A stretch of DNA of 64,000 nt from Microcoleus sp. (GTDB lineage Bacteria; Cyanobacteriota; Cyanobacteriia; Cyanobacteriales; Microcoleaceae). The translations under genes were made by a program, and so were the position numbers. Shown here piece by piece: positions 50,851-62,166 of the stretch; the stretch's first letter is position 1, and each line of letters opens with the position of its first letter. The notes under the pieces were generated by a model. That model ran no database searches, was not told where the DNA came from, and saw nothing but the letters and a program-made list of their open reading frames with translations. The stretch is from contig CP181291.1 in NCBI GenBank assembly GCA_052279835.1, forward strand, positions 2,816,001 through 2,880,000. Reading direction: 5' to 3'.

Positions 50851-52110
50851 TTAGTATTTGATAATTTCCAGGTTAGGCAAAGGAAAAATTAGACCTACAC
50901 CGCTGTTGAGTGTTTCTTGCTCGCGCTTGAGAAATTCTTCCTTAAAATGCCAAGGCAAGACTAAATAATAATCCGGCTTCATTGCCCTAGAATCCGCTTC
51001 GCTGACTATCGGAATGTCAGTACCGAGCGTATAAGCACCGTATTTATCTGGGTTTCTTTCCGCTGCTACATCTATAATTCGATTATCAATCCCGCACCAC
51101 TGCAAAATTGTATTGCCTTTAGTCGATGCACCGTAAATGTGAATGCTCTTACCTTCTTTTTTCAGCATTTTTAGCAGCGAAAGTAACTGCTCTTTATGCA
51201 CGTTAATCCGGTCTTGAAAATGCTTATAAGGTTTGTCCGTATCCAGCTCCAAATCAAATTCTGTCTGACGTAATAGCTTGATACGTGTCAAAGCTTCTTG
51301 TTTCTTGAAAGCAAAGTTGTCAAGATGCGTTGCATAACAACGAATGCTACCGCCGTTGCTGTCATTCAGGACGGCATCTACAATTTTTAAGTCAGCTTGT
51401 TTGAGAATATATTCCAATACAGCTAAACTATAATATTCCAAATGCTCGTGACAAATTGTGTCGTAAGAATTCATTTTGAGCATGGATGGCATATAGGACA
51501 TCTCAAAGACCCACAAACCAGCAGGAGCGAGCGCTTTTTTTATTTCTTTGCAGAAGCTTACCGGATCTTCAAGGTCATAAAACATGGCTATCGATGTAAT
51601 AATGTCAAATTGTTCGCCTTGCAAAACCTTGGTGAGTTCTTCTGAAGGAAAAATGTCTTGAATTGCAGTAATATCTCCGGTTATTTCTTGAGCGACGTCA
51701 GACGGATCGACACCAAATTTGATAAATTCTTGGGGATAACACTTCAATAAAGTACCATCATTACAGCCAATATCTAAAACGCGGGCATTGCTTTTACCAA
51801 TCAGCGATGCTGCTTCTTCAGTAATTCCCTGTAAGTGACTTCGCATGGTTTGGTTTGTACCGGAACGATACCAGTAAGCAGAATATAAAACTTCTGGCGG
51901 TACGGTATGTTCCATTTGTAATAAACCGCAAGCTTTCTCATCTCTGGTTGGATCGCAGCGCACTAGAGAAAGGGCTATTTTTCTGAGGGGTGGTTCTTCT
52001 TTCCCAGGCTTGACAAATGAACCTTGTAAATGCTGTTCGCCTAAATTAATCACTGGGGTGAGTGCTGAAGAACCGCAGACTCGACAAGTTTTACGATGAC
52101 CTAAGTGCAT
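50851..52110 (-). CDS. NDP-sugar C-methyltransferase
   Basis: CRVCGS Zn site, VLDIGCNDG, CHEHLEYY, YGASTKGN, LPWHFKEE. Confidence 0.88.
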   Translation of the reverse strand: MHLGHRKTCRVCGSSALTPVINLGEQHLQGSFVKPGKEEPPLRKIALSLVRCDPTRDEKACGLLQMEHTVPPEVLYSAYWYRSGTNQTMRSHLQGITEEAASLIGKSNARVLDIGCNDGTLLKCYPQEFIKFGVDPSDVAQEITGDITAIQDIFPSEELTKVLQGEQFDIITSIAMFYDLEDPVSFCKEIKKALAPAGLWVFEMSYMPSMLKMNSYDTICHEHLEYYSLAVLEYILKQADLKIVDAVLNDSNGGSIRCYATHLDNFAFKKQEALTRIKLLRQTEFDLELDTDKPYKHFQDRINVHKEQLLSLLKMLKKEGKSIHIYGASTKGNTILQWCGIDNRIIDVAAERNPDKYGAYTLGTDIPIVSEADSRAMKPDYYLVLPWHFKEEFLKREQETLNSGVGLIFPLPNLEIIKY

Positions 52111-52134
52111 TGATTGACCTCCAAAAATTTTTAA

Positions 52135-52584
52135 TTATTTATGATAGCTGAGTTTTTCTACAAGTGCTTGGAAATTTTTGTCTATGCCGTCTATGCACTT
52201 ATTCCGCTGCAAGTTCAGGATGGCTAGCTGTTTGACTACTAAATCTTTTTCTGTTGCAGCTACTTTTTCAAATTCATACACTTTTTCTTGTTCGTGCCAC
52301 AAGTTGCAGTTAACTTGGGCGAGTTCGGAGAAGATTTCGCCGATGCTACCACCGACATCAGCTACATAATTGCCTTCTTTTTTATAAACTTTATTTGAGG
52401 CAAAAATTAGGCGATCGCTCGGAATTTGCCCACCTATAGCAGCACTAATAAATTCGTTGATTTCCTCCTGAAGCTGTTTTTCTTGAACAGCAAGGCTCTT
52501 GAGTCTGATTTCGTCTTCGGAATGCCACTGTTTCAATTTGACAATTGTCAATTTATCGCAGAGAGAGCCAAGTGTTTCTGCCAT
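52135..52584 (-). CDS. Small helical protein (DUF4254-like) heading the glycosylation operon
   Basis: ETLGSLCDKLTI..LK.WH and N..LWHEQE...LN.QRN..ID motifs. Confidence 0.7.
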   Translation of the reverse strand: MAETLGSLCDKLTIVKLKQWHSEDEIRLKSLAVQEKQLQEEINEFISAAIGGQIPSDRLIFASNKVYKKEGNYVADVGGSIGEIFSELAQVNCNLWHEQEKVYEFEKVAATEKDLVVKQLAILNLQRNKCIDGIDKNFQALVEKLSYHK

Positions 52585-53136
52585 GGGTCAAAGGTGATTG
52601 GTTTGAAATAATTTGATTCTGGATGCTGGCGATAGTTAGTATTGTCTAAAGGAAGTTTGGGCACATCACCCTACATCCCGTCCCTACCTTAGTGCTAAGT
52701 CATACACTGAATATTTTATCCTAGTTGTTACCACCAAGCTACTAATATAGGTCGTTTGGTATCAGACGAATACCGATTGTGGCTGTTCCCAGAATCATCC
52801 ATACTATTTTATACAAAGTCTTTGGGCGTACACAGGATTATCTTACATAGAAAGCAGCATTAGCACTATTTCCTCTAGATACTATTGAGCAATTAAACTT
52901 CCCGACAGTATTCATGTAGCAGTTGACAAAAAATACTAATTATGGTATGTCGAACAAAACATTGATAGAAGGCTACTGTGAGGATGAGCTAGAAGCCCTA
53001 GGCTAGGAGGTGAGAACCCGATCGCCCACAGCCGAGATTCCAGCCAACCAAAAACAAGTTACAATTACGTTAAGATTGATGAACATAAATAAAAAATCCC
53101 AAAACACAGGGACTAAATAATAGGAGATCGACCTCA

Positions 53137-54975
53137 GTGAATAAACGCTGGAGAAACGCTGGCCTGTACGCACTTCTGGCTATTGTAGTCATTGCCTTAG
53201 CAACCGCATTTTTTGACAAACAGCCCCCAAGCCGCGAAGTTTGGAAGTACAGTCAATTCATTCAGGAAGTCGAAGGCAAGAGAGTAGACAAAATCAATAT
53301 CAGTTCCGATCGCACCAAAGCCCTCGTCACAGCCCAAGACGGCAACAAAGTGATCGTCAACTTGCCCAACGACCCAGAACTGATCAACATCCTGACCAAA
53401 AACAACGTAGACATTTCTGTTCTACCGCAAAGCGACGAAGGCTTCTGGGTAAAAGCCCTCAGCAGCCTCTTCTTCCCAATTCTACTGTTGGTCGGACTCT
53501 TCTTCCTGGTGCGACGCGCCCAAAACGGGCCCGGCAACCAAGCCATGAACTTCGGCAAATCCAAAGCTAGAGTCCAAATGGAGCCCCAAACTCAGGTGAC
53601 ATTCAGCGACGTAGCCGGCATCGAACAAGCCAAACTAGAACTCGCCGAAGTCGTGGACTTCCTGAAAAATGCAGACCGCTTCACCGCAGTCGGTGCCAAA
53701 ATCCCCAAAGGCGTGCTGTTAGTCGGCCCTCCCGGAACAGGCAAAACCCTCTTAGCAAAAGCAGTCGCTGGCGAAGCAGGCGTTCCTTTCTTCTCAATTT
53801 CCGGTTCCGAGTTTGTCGAAATGTTCGTCGGTGTGGGTGCTTCCCGCGTCCGCGACTTGTTTGAACAAGCCAAAACCAACGCCCCTTGTATCGTATTTAT
53901 CGATGAAATTGACGCCGTAGGCCGTCAACGCGGCGCTGGTATGGGCGGTGGTAACGACGAACGGGAACAAACCCTCAACCAATTGCTGACTGAAATGGAC
54001 GGTTTTGAAGGTAACACCGGCATCATTATTATTGCTGCTACCAACCGTCCTGATGTGCTGGATGCTGCGTTGCTCCGTCCGGGTCGCTTCGATCGCCAAG
54101 TAGTAGTAGATCGCCCCGACTTCGCCGGCCGCCTCGAAATTCTCAACGTTCACGCCCGTGGCAAAACCTTGTCCAAAGATGTGGACTTAGAAAAAATCGC
54201 CCGTCGCACACCCGGTTTCACTGGTGCCGATTTGTCCAACCTGCTGAACGAAGCAGCAATCTTGGCCGCCCGCCGCAACTTGACCGAAGTCTCTATGGAT
54301 GAAGTCAATGATGCGATCGATCGCGTCCTTGCAGGCCCAGAAAAGAAAGACCGCGTAATGAGCGAAAAGCGCAAAACTTTGGTAGCTTACCACGAAGCCG
54401 GTCACGCCCTAGTCGGTGCGCTCATGCCCGATTATGACCCCGTGCAAAAAATTAGCATTATCCCCCGCGGCCGCGCCGGTGGTTTGACTTGGTTCACACC
54501 TAGCGAAGACCGGATGGATTCTGGCTTATATTCTCGCTCATACTTGCAAAATCAAATGGCCGTTGCTTTAGGTGGCCGCATTGCTGAAGAGATTGTCTTC
54601 GGTGAAGAAGAAGTGACCACTGGCGCTTCCAATGACTTGCAACAAGTGGCAAGAGTCGCACGGCAAATGGTGACTCGCTTCGGTATGAGCGATATACTAG
54701 GCCCTGTAGCCCTCGGTCGCCAACAAGGAAATATGTTCATGGGTCGCGATATCATGGCTGAACGGGATTTCTCGGAAAAAACCGCAGCGGCGATCGACAA
54801 TGAAGTCCGCTTGTTGGTAGAACAAGCTTACCGACGCGCTAAAGATGTCCTGGTTGGTAATCGCCACGTCCTTAATGCTTTGGCAGATATGCTAGTTGAA
54901 AAGGAAACTGTGGATTCCGACGAGTTGCAAAATTTGTTGGCTAATAGTGATGTCAAAATGGCGACTATTGCCTAA
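53137..54975 (+). CDS. ftsH: ATP-dependent zinc metalloprotease FtsH (FtsH3 type)
   Basis: [11 protein letters not shown]-terminus, [24 protein letters not shown]. Confidence 0.96.
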   Translation: MNKRWRNAGLYALLAIVVIALATAFFDKQPPSREVWKYSQFIQEVEGKRVDKINISSDRTKALVTAQDGNKVIVNLPNDPELINILTKNNVDISVLPQSDEGFWVKALSSLFFPILLLVGLFFLVRRAQNGPGNQAMNFGKSKARVQMEPQTQVTFSDVAGIEQAKLELAEVVDFLKNADRFTAVGAKIPKGVLLVGPPGTGKTLLAKAVAGEAGVPFFSISGSEFVEMFVGVGASRVRDLFEQAKTNAPCIVFIDEIDAVGRQRGAGMGGGNDEREQTLNQLLTEMDGFEGNTGIIIIAATNRPDVLDAALLRPGRFDRQVVVDRPDFAGRLEILNVHARGKTLSKDVDLEKIARRTPGFTGADLSNLLNEAAILAARRNLTEVSMDEVNDAIDRVLAGPEKKDRVMSEKRKTLVAYHEAGHALVGALMPDYDPVQKISIIPRGRAGGLTWFTPSEDRMDSGLYSRSYLQNQMAVALGGRIAEEIVFGEEEVTTGASNDLQQVARVARQMVTRFGMSDILGPVALGRQQGNMFMGRDIMAERDFSEKTAAAIDNEVRLLVEQAYRRAKDVLVGNRHVLNALADMLVEKETVDSDELQNLLANSDVKMATIA

Positions 54976-55012
54976 TTGATTTTGGATTTAATCTAAAGTT
55001 TGAAATCGGTAA

Positions 55013-55054
55013 TTGGGGTTATTCTGGGATTGTCTGGAATAGCCCCGATTTTTT
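55013..55054 (+). terminator. Probable intrinsic terminator of ftsH
   Basis: GGGGTTATTC..GAATAGCCCC stem followed by a T tract. Confidence 0.65.
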
Positions 55055-55089
55055 AAATAGATATCAAATTTCGCGCCCCACCCACTCCG

Positions 55090-55415
55090 ATCTCAATTCG
55101 GGTTGTACCGGAATGATTTAACCGCGAAGGCGCTAAGGACGACCCCCCCCTGCCCCCCCCAAGGGGGGAAAGAGGAAGAGAAGAGAGAGATTAATAATTC
55201 CGATCGAGAGAGTATTTGATACAGCGGTTCCCGCTGCAAGAGCGACACACAAACATGAATCCTCAACATTTAATAAATTGGTTTGTTAATTGCTCCTGGG
55301 AGCATCCCGATTTCGGAAACACGCCTAGAGGGGCGAAGCATTCGCGTTGAAAATCTCTGATATATCTATAGGATATAGGCGCGAATGCGAATCCCCTACA
55401 AAAATGCGATGCACC
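55090..55415. repeat. Cluster of dispersed repeats
   Basis: GGAATGATTTAACCGCGAAGGCGC unit as at ~10441; CCCCCCC..GGGGGG unit; GGGGCGAAGCATTCGCG/CGCGAATGC..CCCCTAC. Confidence 0.65.
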
Positions 55416-55603
55416 TCTAAATCTGTAAGTAATCTTGGTGGATTGACAGTAAACTCATTGGTTTCAAGGAATGAAGAAGTGTCGGCTATTTTAGGCAAGT
55501 AATTGAATGCAGTTGCGATCGCCACTCATGGTAAATTAAATACATCCAGCCTTGCTATCAAAGCCAGATCAATCAAGGCTTCTAGTCGATCGCCCAAAAC
55601 GCC

Positions 55604-55789
55604 ATGCCCGATTCCGAATTCTCCGATGATTTAAAGTGGACAGCCGAAGCTAAGGCCAAGCTGAAAAATATTCCCTACTTTGTCCGGGGAAAAGCTCGCG
55701 TCCGCATCGAACAGTTGGCCCGCGAAGCCGACACCGAAGTTGTCACCGTGGACTTAGTTGAGCAAGCTCGCATCGAATTTGGCCAATAG
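55604..55789 (+). CDS. Stand-alone PCP-reductase domain protein
   Basis: [17 protein letters not shown]...IEQLARE...VT resembles the ChlB C-terminal domain. Confidence 0.82.
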   Translation: MPDSEFSDDLKWTAEAKAKLKNIPYFVRGKARVRIEQLAREADTEVVTVDLVEQARIEFGQ

Positions 55790-55863
55790 GCGATCGCAAT
55801 GTACCCTAAAGCCTTAAACTATAACTTGCCTCTCCTAATGTTCACAGAGCTACTGAGTCACCC

Positions 55864-56604
55864 GTGCGGAAAATTGTTATTGCTGGCAACTGGAAAATGT
55901 ACAAAACTGGGGCTGAATCCCTAGAGTTTCTTAAAGGATTCACCTCCTCTTTGACGGAAACCCCGGAGGAACGAGAAGTCGTGCTTTGCGTTCCCTTCAC
56001 TTCATTAGCCGTCCTCTCGAAAAATCTGCACGGTGGCCGGGTGCGGCTCGGTGCTCAGAATGTTCATTGGCAAGAGTCGGGAGCTTATACCGGCGAAATT
56101 TCAGGGCCGATGCTTGCAGAACTTGGGGTTCGCTACGTCGTCATCGGGCACAGCGAACGGCGTCAATATTTTGGTGAAACTGACGAAACGGTGAATTTGC
56201 GCCTGTTGGCCGCTCAGAAGTATGGTTTAATTCCGATTTTGTGTGTCGGGGAAACGAAGCAGCAGCGAGATGCAGGGGAAACTGAAACTCACATTTTCTC
56301 TCAGTTGGCACAGGATTTGGTTGATGTCGATCAAACTAAGTTGGTGATTGCTTACGAGCCGATTTGGGCGATTGGCACCGGCGATACTTGCGAAACTAAG
56401 GAAGCGAACCGAGTTATTGGCTTGATTCGCAGTAAATTGAGCAATCCTGACGTGCCAATTCAATACGGCGGTTCTGTTAAGCCGGAAAATATTGATGAAG
56501 TTATGGCTCAACCGGAAATTGACGGGGTTTTGGTTGGTGGTGCTAGTTTGGAAGCTGCCAGTTTTTCGCGCATTGTCAATTATCAGAAAATTGATACTTG
56601 GTAA
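55864..56604 (+). CDS. tpiA: Triosephosphate isomerase
   Basis: [35 protein letters not shown]. Confidence 0.97.
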   Translation: MRKIVIAGNWKMYKTGAESLEFLKGFTSSLTETPEEREVVLCVPFTSLAVLSKNLHGGRVRLGAQNVHWQESGAYTGEISGPMLAELGVRYVVIGHSERRQYFGETDETVNLRLLAAQKYGLIPILCVGETKQQRDAGETETHIFSQLAQDLVDVDQTKLVIAYEPIWAIGTGDTCETKEANRVIGLIRSKLSNPDVPIQYGGSVKPENIDEVMAQPEIDGVLVGGASLEAASFSRIVNYQKIDTW

Positions 56605-56662
56605 TTGCTGAATTGGTCGATGGAAATTCTATCCCCAAGTCAAACAAAAGTGCTCAATAACT

Positions 56663-57136
56663 TTATTTTTTAGGCCGCTGCTGCTGATAAACACTCACAA
56701 CTTTATCCGCATAGGTAGCTGTCGCGCCACTTTTGCAAGCAGCCGATTCACCTGTCATCCACCAACAAGCAGCGCGACGGATAGCAGTCAATTCATTATT
56801 GTTGCTAGCTTTGTACTCGTCGCGCAGTAAGTCTCGTGCTATGCAGGTGACAATTGACTTGGCTTTTGTCGCGTCAGCCTCAAATTGTTGTGGCGTTAAA
56901 TCCTGTTTGGTGCAGAATTTGGCCCAACGGGAAATATTGTTCGGTAAAACTTGCCATTGACTGTACATTCCGTCCTTGGGGGTTTGGGGTGGTGCAGCTT
57001 GTCGCAGGGCTTCTACCAGGGCCGAAACTTGGGCATCGGTAACTGCTTCGGCTGCTGCTGGAAGTGTTTGCCATCCCAGGCTAATTATCAGGCTGCTTAA
57101 TAATAGATTGGTTTTGGTGATCGACTTTAACTTCAT
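56663..57136 (-). CDS. Secreted hypothetical protein
   Basis: Signal peptide ending AAA; 157 aa with several Cys. Confidence 0.75.
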   Translation of the reverse strand: MKLKSITKTNLLLSSLIISLGWQTLPAAAEAVTDAQVSALVEALRQAAPPQTPKDGMYSQWQVLPNNISRWAKFCTKQDLTPQQFEADATKAKSIVTCIARDLLRDEYKASNNNELTAIRRAACWWMTGESAACKSGATATYADKVVSVYQQQRPKK

Positions 57137-57236
57137 TTCGCTATGCCCTGTTTGATTTCAACTTGCTTTACTGCCAAAACTTATACTATTTGGACTATCG
57201 ACTGCCTCTGTCTTGAGCATGATTTTCTCTCTGAAT

Positions 57237-60200
57237 TCAAGATGTCTGGCTGTACAGCAATTCTGTTTTCAAAGCTGCTTCTACTATTTGATATTCGGCT
57301 TTAACTTTTTCTAAAACCCCATCGGCTTTTGCAGACAAAGACTGGTTAGCATTTGTCGCCATGCGCCCCATTAATTCTAGTTCTTCGCAAAGCTCAAATA
57401 ATTGAAAAGCACCGAGAGTGCCGCTAATCGACTTTAAAGAGTGAGCAGCTTGCCGCAAAGCGAGCGGATCGGCGTTTTTTACAGCGTCAGAGATACTCGT
57501 TAGCAATTGGGGGGCTGTTTCGATGTAAATGTCGATCGCCTCTTCTAAAGCTTCTACTTCTCGGAGTCCCTCAATAATTTGGCGACTCAGGGGGTTCTGA
57601 TTGTCTGACGGGACTTGGCATACTAAAGATGGAGTAGGCACAATGTTGGCCTGGGGAATTGTCAGTTGTTGCGGTTCGGCAACAGTCACATTCGATCGCA
57701 CTTCTAATTGATTTGTACCCTCCATCTCTTCAGCATTTGAGTTAACAGAAATCATCGATTGCCACCGCTCAAACTCGATAGGCGATCGAGATTTACAACT
57801 CTTCAAAACTCGAACCAGTTCGTCAATTTGGATGGGTTTGCTCAAATAATCATCCATTCCGGCAGCGATGCACTCTTCGCGATCGCCCCGCATCGCATTT
57901 GCCGTCATTGCCACAATCCAAGGTTTGGCAGCATCATCCCATTCTTGACAAATCAGCCGCGAAGCTTCCAAGCCGTCCATTTCCGGCATTTGCATATCCA
58001 TCAATATCACATCGTAGGGCTGGCGGCGCAAAGCTTCCAAAACTTCCTTGCCATTTCCCGCCACATCAGCGCGATAGCCCATCCGCTGCAAAATCTGTAA
58101 ACCCACTTTCTGATTCACCAAATGATCGTCTGCCAACAAAATCCGCAGTGGCAACTCCTGGGCAATCATGGGGATACTTTTGGATAAACTGCCGCTACTG
58201 CGCTGCACTCTCACTTCACTGCCCGATTCCCCAAAAATATTAATTAAAACATTATAAAGTTGGGATTGTTTGATCGGCTTGTTCAAAAAAGCAGCAAAAT
58301 TCACCTGCTGCATCACAGGAGAGCTAATTTCCTGCCTACCCATAGAAGTTAGCATGACTAAGGGCAACTGTTCCCCCGACTCTAACCTCCGAATTTCTGC
58401 TGCTAAAGTCAACCCATCGATTTCCGGCATTTGCATATCCAAAACCGCTAAGTCAAACTTTTCTTGGGCACTGAGCCAATCTAAGGCTAAAGTAGCAGAA
58501 GCAGCCGCGATCGGCACCATTCCCCAAGACTGAGTTTGGAGAGTCAAAATTTGACGATTAGTAGCATTATCATCGACAATTAAAACTCGCTTTCCTGCTA
58601 ATTCTGGTTGAGAATTGCTTAAATTAATGGGCAATGAATTATGGCAGCATCTAGCGATTGTAGTGCAATAAAAAGTAGAGCCACTGGATTTTAAATGATT
58701 AGTTGGAGTATCAATTTCATTAAATTCTGGTCTTTCGCCATTGTCTCCCAATTCCCGATTCAAAAATGTCGGTTTAAAATCTTCAGGAGGATTGCCAGCT
58801 AAATTGCCCCTACTTTCCACCCACATCCTGCCACCCATCATTTCGGATAAACGCTTACTAATTGCTAAACCTAATCCAGTACCGCCGTAGTGGCGGTTGG
58901 TAGAAGAGTCAACTTGACTAAAAGATTTAAACAACCGATCCATGCGATCGGCTGGAATACCGATACCAGTATCTTTTACCGCAAATTGTATTTCGTAGAT
59001 TTGGTCAATTTGTGATTCTTCGCTATCAAATGCTGACGGTGGTTTGGAACTTGGCACAAGTCTGGGCATTTTTTGGGCAGTACAGGATAGCACCACTTCT
59101 CCCGCTTCAGTGAATTTAACGGCATTACTGAGCAAATTGATTAAAATTTGCCTCAAGCGGGTGCTGTCCCCGATCGCAGTTACGGGCACAGAACTGTCTA
59201 TAAAATAAGCCAATTCCAATTTTTTTTGTGCCGCCCTAGCAGCTACCAAGTCCAGAGATTCCTCAATGCAGGTGCGGATGTCAAAGGGATGCTCCTCCAA
59301 GTCCAATTTACCCGATTCAATTTTGGAGAAATCCAGAATATCGTTAATCAGAGTTAGCAAAGCATCGCCACTGCTGCGGATAGTTTCTACAAAATCTCGT
59401 TGTTCCGAGCTTAAGCGGGTATCCAGCAGCAAACCTGTCATCCCGATGACTCCATTCATGGGAGTACGAATTTCGTGGCTCATGGTTGCCAAAAATTCAC
59501 TTTTGGCTCTCGTGGCTGCCAGTGCTTCGTCGCGGGCTTTTGCTAAATCAATGCCCGCTTGCTGGCGTTCAAGTTCGCTACCTACCCACTGAGCCATCAG
59601 TTTCACCAATTCTCTGTCTACCACTCTGAAAGGTTCTGTCATGGGATGAGCACTCCAGAAGCAGAGAGTACCGTAGACTTCCCCAGCCACCATGACAGAG
59701 ATACCCATGTAGGCTTCTATGTTGAAAGCCAGGTCATTATTGAATTTGCGCTCCGATGTGTTGAAGGCCAAGCACAAAAACTTCACCGACTCGAAGTGCA
59801 GCGGTTCTTTTGACTGGGCTGTAGCCACGCAGAAGGTTTTTTCTAAATCATAGATTTGTCCTTTGGCGAGCGACCCATCGGGACACTTTACAGCCATGAT
59901 TTGATAATTGTTACCTTCAATTGCCGACAAAACTCCCACTTCCAGCCCGAACTGTCTGCATCCCATGGTCAGCAGTTCTTGGAGTCGCAAATCGAAGGTT
60001 GAGAGGCGATTTAGCGGGTCTGTGCGGGGTGCTGACGTCACTTGATACAGAGCTTTAATGGCTGCTTCGCTTTCTCGCAGTTCTTGTTCTGTTTGCTTGC
60101 GGAAGCTGATGTCGCGGGAAATCCCAATAATTTCTTGAACAGTCCCTGTTTCAGGATCGCGGATGGTGCGACTGGTAGTTTCAAACCAGATATATCGACC

Positions 60201-61583
60201 ATCTTTGCGACGCACACGGTAGCTGAGGGTGTAAGTCACTGGCAGTGCCATCAATTTCGCGTGGGCTTTAGATAACTTTTCTACATCCTGTGGATGAAAA
60301 TAATCCTTGGGGACGTTACCGATCAGTTCTTCTGGTTGATATCCCAGCAAAGCGTTGCAAGCGGGCGATACGTAAACAAAAACACCTTTGGGGTTGTGTC
60401 GGCTGATCATGTCCGTTGAGTTATCAGCCATCAACCGATAGCGGTCTTCGCTTTCATTGCGTTCGATTTGAGAATTGCCCAAGGCTTCTAGCATCTGGTT
60501 GATCGTGTCTGCTAGGCTGGAGAGTTCATCTGCTCCGGGCATATGAACGCGCAAGTCTGGGTCGCCATTGGTGGCTATGTTGTTGACGCTGATACTCAAG
60601 TCTTGCAATCTTGCTAAGACCAATTTTTCTAGTAATATCAGTGCGATCGCGCTAAATACTAAACCTACGGCCAATATCGATAGAGTAAACAGTTCTAAGG
60701 TGGCTTGACCTTGGCTATAGATTACTCGGTTTACTTCTACTCGCAACATCAGTGCTAGATTGCCGTGGATGTCCCGAATCAGGGCGTATCCAGCCACTAA
60801 GCTTTTGCTAAGGGGTTCAACTAAAACTTCTACTGATTTGAGGTTGGAAATTCTGATTTTGAGATTTTCCAATTCTTGCTGGGACTGAACTATCCTTTTG
60901 GTATCTGGCCCATAGTAGCTGGTCGCTCCGACTTTAAAATCTAAAGTTGGCAATCTAAAGTCTACGGACAAGTGAGTCAGTTCTGAGAGTAATTCGATTT
61001 CGGTGTTGTCGAGATACCGTGCCAGAATCAGAGTGCCGCGACGGGGGCCGATCTCGTTGCTATTGAGAATTGGCTTGGAGCTAATCAGCAAGGTGGCTTC
61101 TGGGATGGTGATCACCCCTGTTTTGACCAATGGCATCCCATCCCCCCCATCTGCCCCAGGCTTTAGCAACGCCGCCGTCAGATGCTCTTGTAAGCTTTGG
61201 GGAATCGGGGTCTCGGCTTTGGATTTCAGGTCGAAACCTTTACTGAAGACCACACGCCCCTCTGCGTCTAGCACCATCAATAAATTCAGCCTTAAGTAAA
61301 CAAATGTAGAATCTACGAAATTTGATTTGACAAAATCTTGACTATGGCTATTGACGAAGGAGTAGGTGTCATCCCACTCCGCATAATCTCGTGCGCTAGT
61401 ATCTAAATTCGATAAGTCATCATCTAAAGCATCCAAAGCCCGCGCTACATCCTGACGGACGTACTGCGCCTCTAGATTATGGAAATCGTGCAGCAAAATG
61501 GTTGATGCCGTCGCATACAGCACCACAATCAGGCAAATCAGAGCTGCACCAACAATTAATAGTGTTTTTTTTCGGAGTTGCAT
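57237..61583 (-). CDS. Hybrid sensor kinase CHASE4-HAMP-PAS-GAF-HisKA-HATPase-REC-REC-Hpt
   Basis: DYAEWDDTY, DELSSLADTIN, MSHEIRTPMN, GTGLGL, two DMQMP receivers, AHSLKS. Confidence 0.93.
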   Translation of the reverse strand: MQLRKKTLLIVGAALICLIVVLYATASTILLHDFHNLEAQYVRQDVARALDALDDDLSNLDTSARDYAEWDDTYSFVNSHSQDFVKSNFVDSTFVYLRLNLLMVLDAEGRVVFSKGFDLKSKAETPIPQSLQEHLTAALLKPGADGGDGMPLVKTGVITIPEATLLISSKPILNSNEIGPRRGTLILARYLDNTEIELLSELTHLSVDFRLPTLDFKVGATSYYGPDTKRIVQSQQELENLKIRISNLKSVEVLVEPLSKSLVAGYALIRDIHGNLALMLRVEVNRVIYSQGQATLELFTLSILAVGLVFSAIALILLEKLVLARLQDLSISVNNIATNGDPDLRVHMPGADELSSLADTINQMLEALGNSQIERNESEDRYRLMADNSTDMISRHNPKGVFVYVSPACNALLGYQPEELIGNVPKDYFHPQDVEKLSKAHAKLMALPVTYTLSYRVRRKDGRYIWFETTSRTIRDPETGTVQEIIGISRDISFRKQTEQELRESEAAIKALYQVTSAPRTDPLNRLSTFDLRLQELLTMGCRQFGLEVGVLSAIEGNNYQIMAVKCPDGSLAKGQIYDLEKTFCVATAQSKEPLHFESVKFLCLAFNTSERKFNNDLAFNIEAYMGISVMVAGEVYGTLCFWSAHPMTEPFRVVDRELVKLMAQWVGSELERQQAGIDLAKARDEALAATRAKSEFLATMSHEIRTPMNGVIGMTGLLLDTRLSSEQRDFVETIRSSGDALLTLINDILDFSKIESGKLDLEEHPFDIRTCIEESLDLVAARAAQKKLELAYFIDSSVPVTAIGDSTRLRQILINLLSNAVKFTEAGEVVLSCTAQKMPRLVPSSKPPSAFDSEESQIDQIYEIQFAVKDTGIGIPADRMDRLFKSFSQVDSSTNRHYGGTGLGLAISKRLSEMMGGRMWVESRGNLAGNPPEDFKPTFLNRELGDNGERPEFNEIDTPTNHLKSSGSTFYCTTIARCCHNSLPINLSNSQPELAGKRVLIVDDNATNRQILTLQTQSWGMVPIAAASATLALDWLSAQEKFDLAVLDMQMPEIDGLTLAAEIRRLESGEQLPLVMLTSMGRQEISSPVMQQVNFAAFLNKPIKQSQLYNVLINIFGESGSEVRVQRSSGSLSKSIPMIAQELPLRILLADDHLVNQKVGLQILQRMGYRADVAGNGKEVLEALRRQPYDVILMDMQMPEMDGLEASRLICQEWDDAAKPWIVAMTANAMRGDREECIAAGMDDYLSKPIQIDELVRVLKSCKSRSPIEFERWQSMISVNSNAEEMEGTNQLEVRSNVTVAEPQQLTIPQANIVPTPSLVCQVPSDNQNPLSRQIIEGLREVEALEEAIDIYIETAPQLLTSISDAVKNADPLALRQAAHSLKSISGTLGAFQLFELCEELELMGRMATNANQSLSAKADGVLEKVKAEYQIVEAALKTELLYSQTS

Positions 61584-62059
61584 CGGGTTGCCCTCCTCAA
61601 GATGCCAGGAGGAAAATTTCCTGGGTCTGTTTGAAATGTAAGTCGTTTAACATTCTATTGGGATGACCTGCGTATTTTAACTGAGCTTGGCACATATGCA
61701 GTAGCCATTGCCATACCTTAATATTCTCGATTTCACCAAAAATAATCAATCTAGTATCTAAATAGTATCTAAAAACCTTTAGTTCCTTACTATCTATAAC
61801 CCATGAATTGTGAGTTGTTACCTTATTATCTCAATTTTTTCAATTTGCACGAGCAAGCGGAAAACAATTAAGGTTTAATCCTAGCGTAGCTTGGTCGCCG
61901 GTGGTTGGACAGGGCATAGTGGGAGACGGGGAGATTGTGACATGGGAGAGGAGGAGAGAAGGAAAGGGGAGAGGGGGAGTGGGGGAGATAGGGGGAAACT
62001 ATTTTTAGTTTGACAAATGATTTTTAGGGACTTTGGGTTTGACGTTTTAAATTATACCC

Positions 62060-62093
62060 AGAGCCCCGACTTCACTTAAGAAGTCGGGGCTCT
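62060..62093. repeat. Palindrome (REP-like or terminator)
   Basis: AGAGCCCCGACTTC-ACTTAA-GAAGTCGGGGCTCT. Confidence 0.7.
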
Positions 62094-62166
62094 AAAAGAA
62101 GAGATATTTAGGTCTCCCAAAATAGGGAGTGCGACAACCCCGCATCGAGGACTAGAGGAATTGTGG

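Noticed and set aside
53241..54800. Multiple antisense and alternate-frame ORFs in ftsH and other long genes
   Set aside because: Shadow ORFs caused by codon bias in conserved genes
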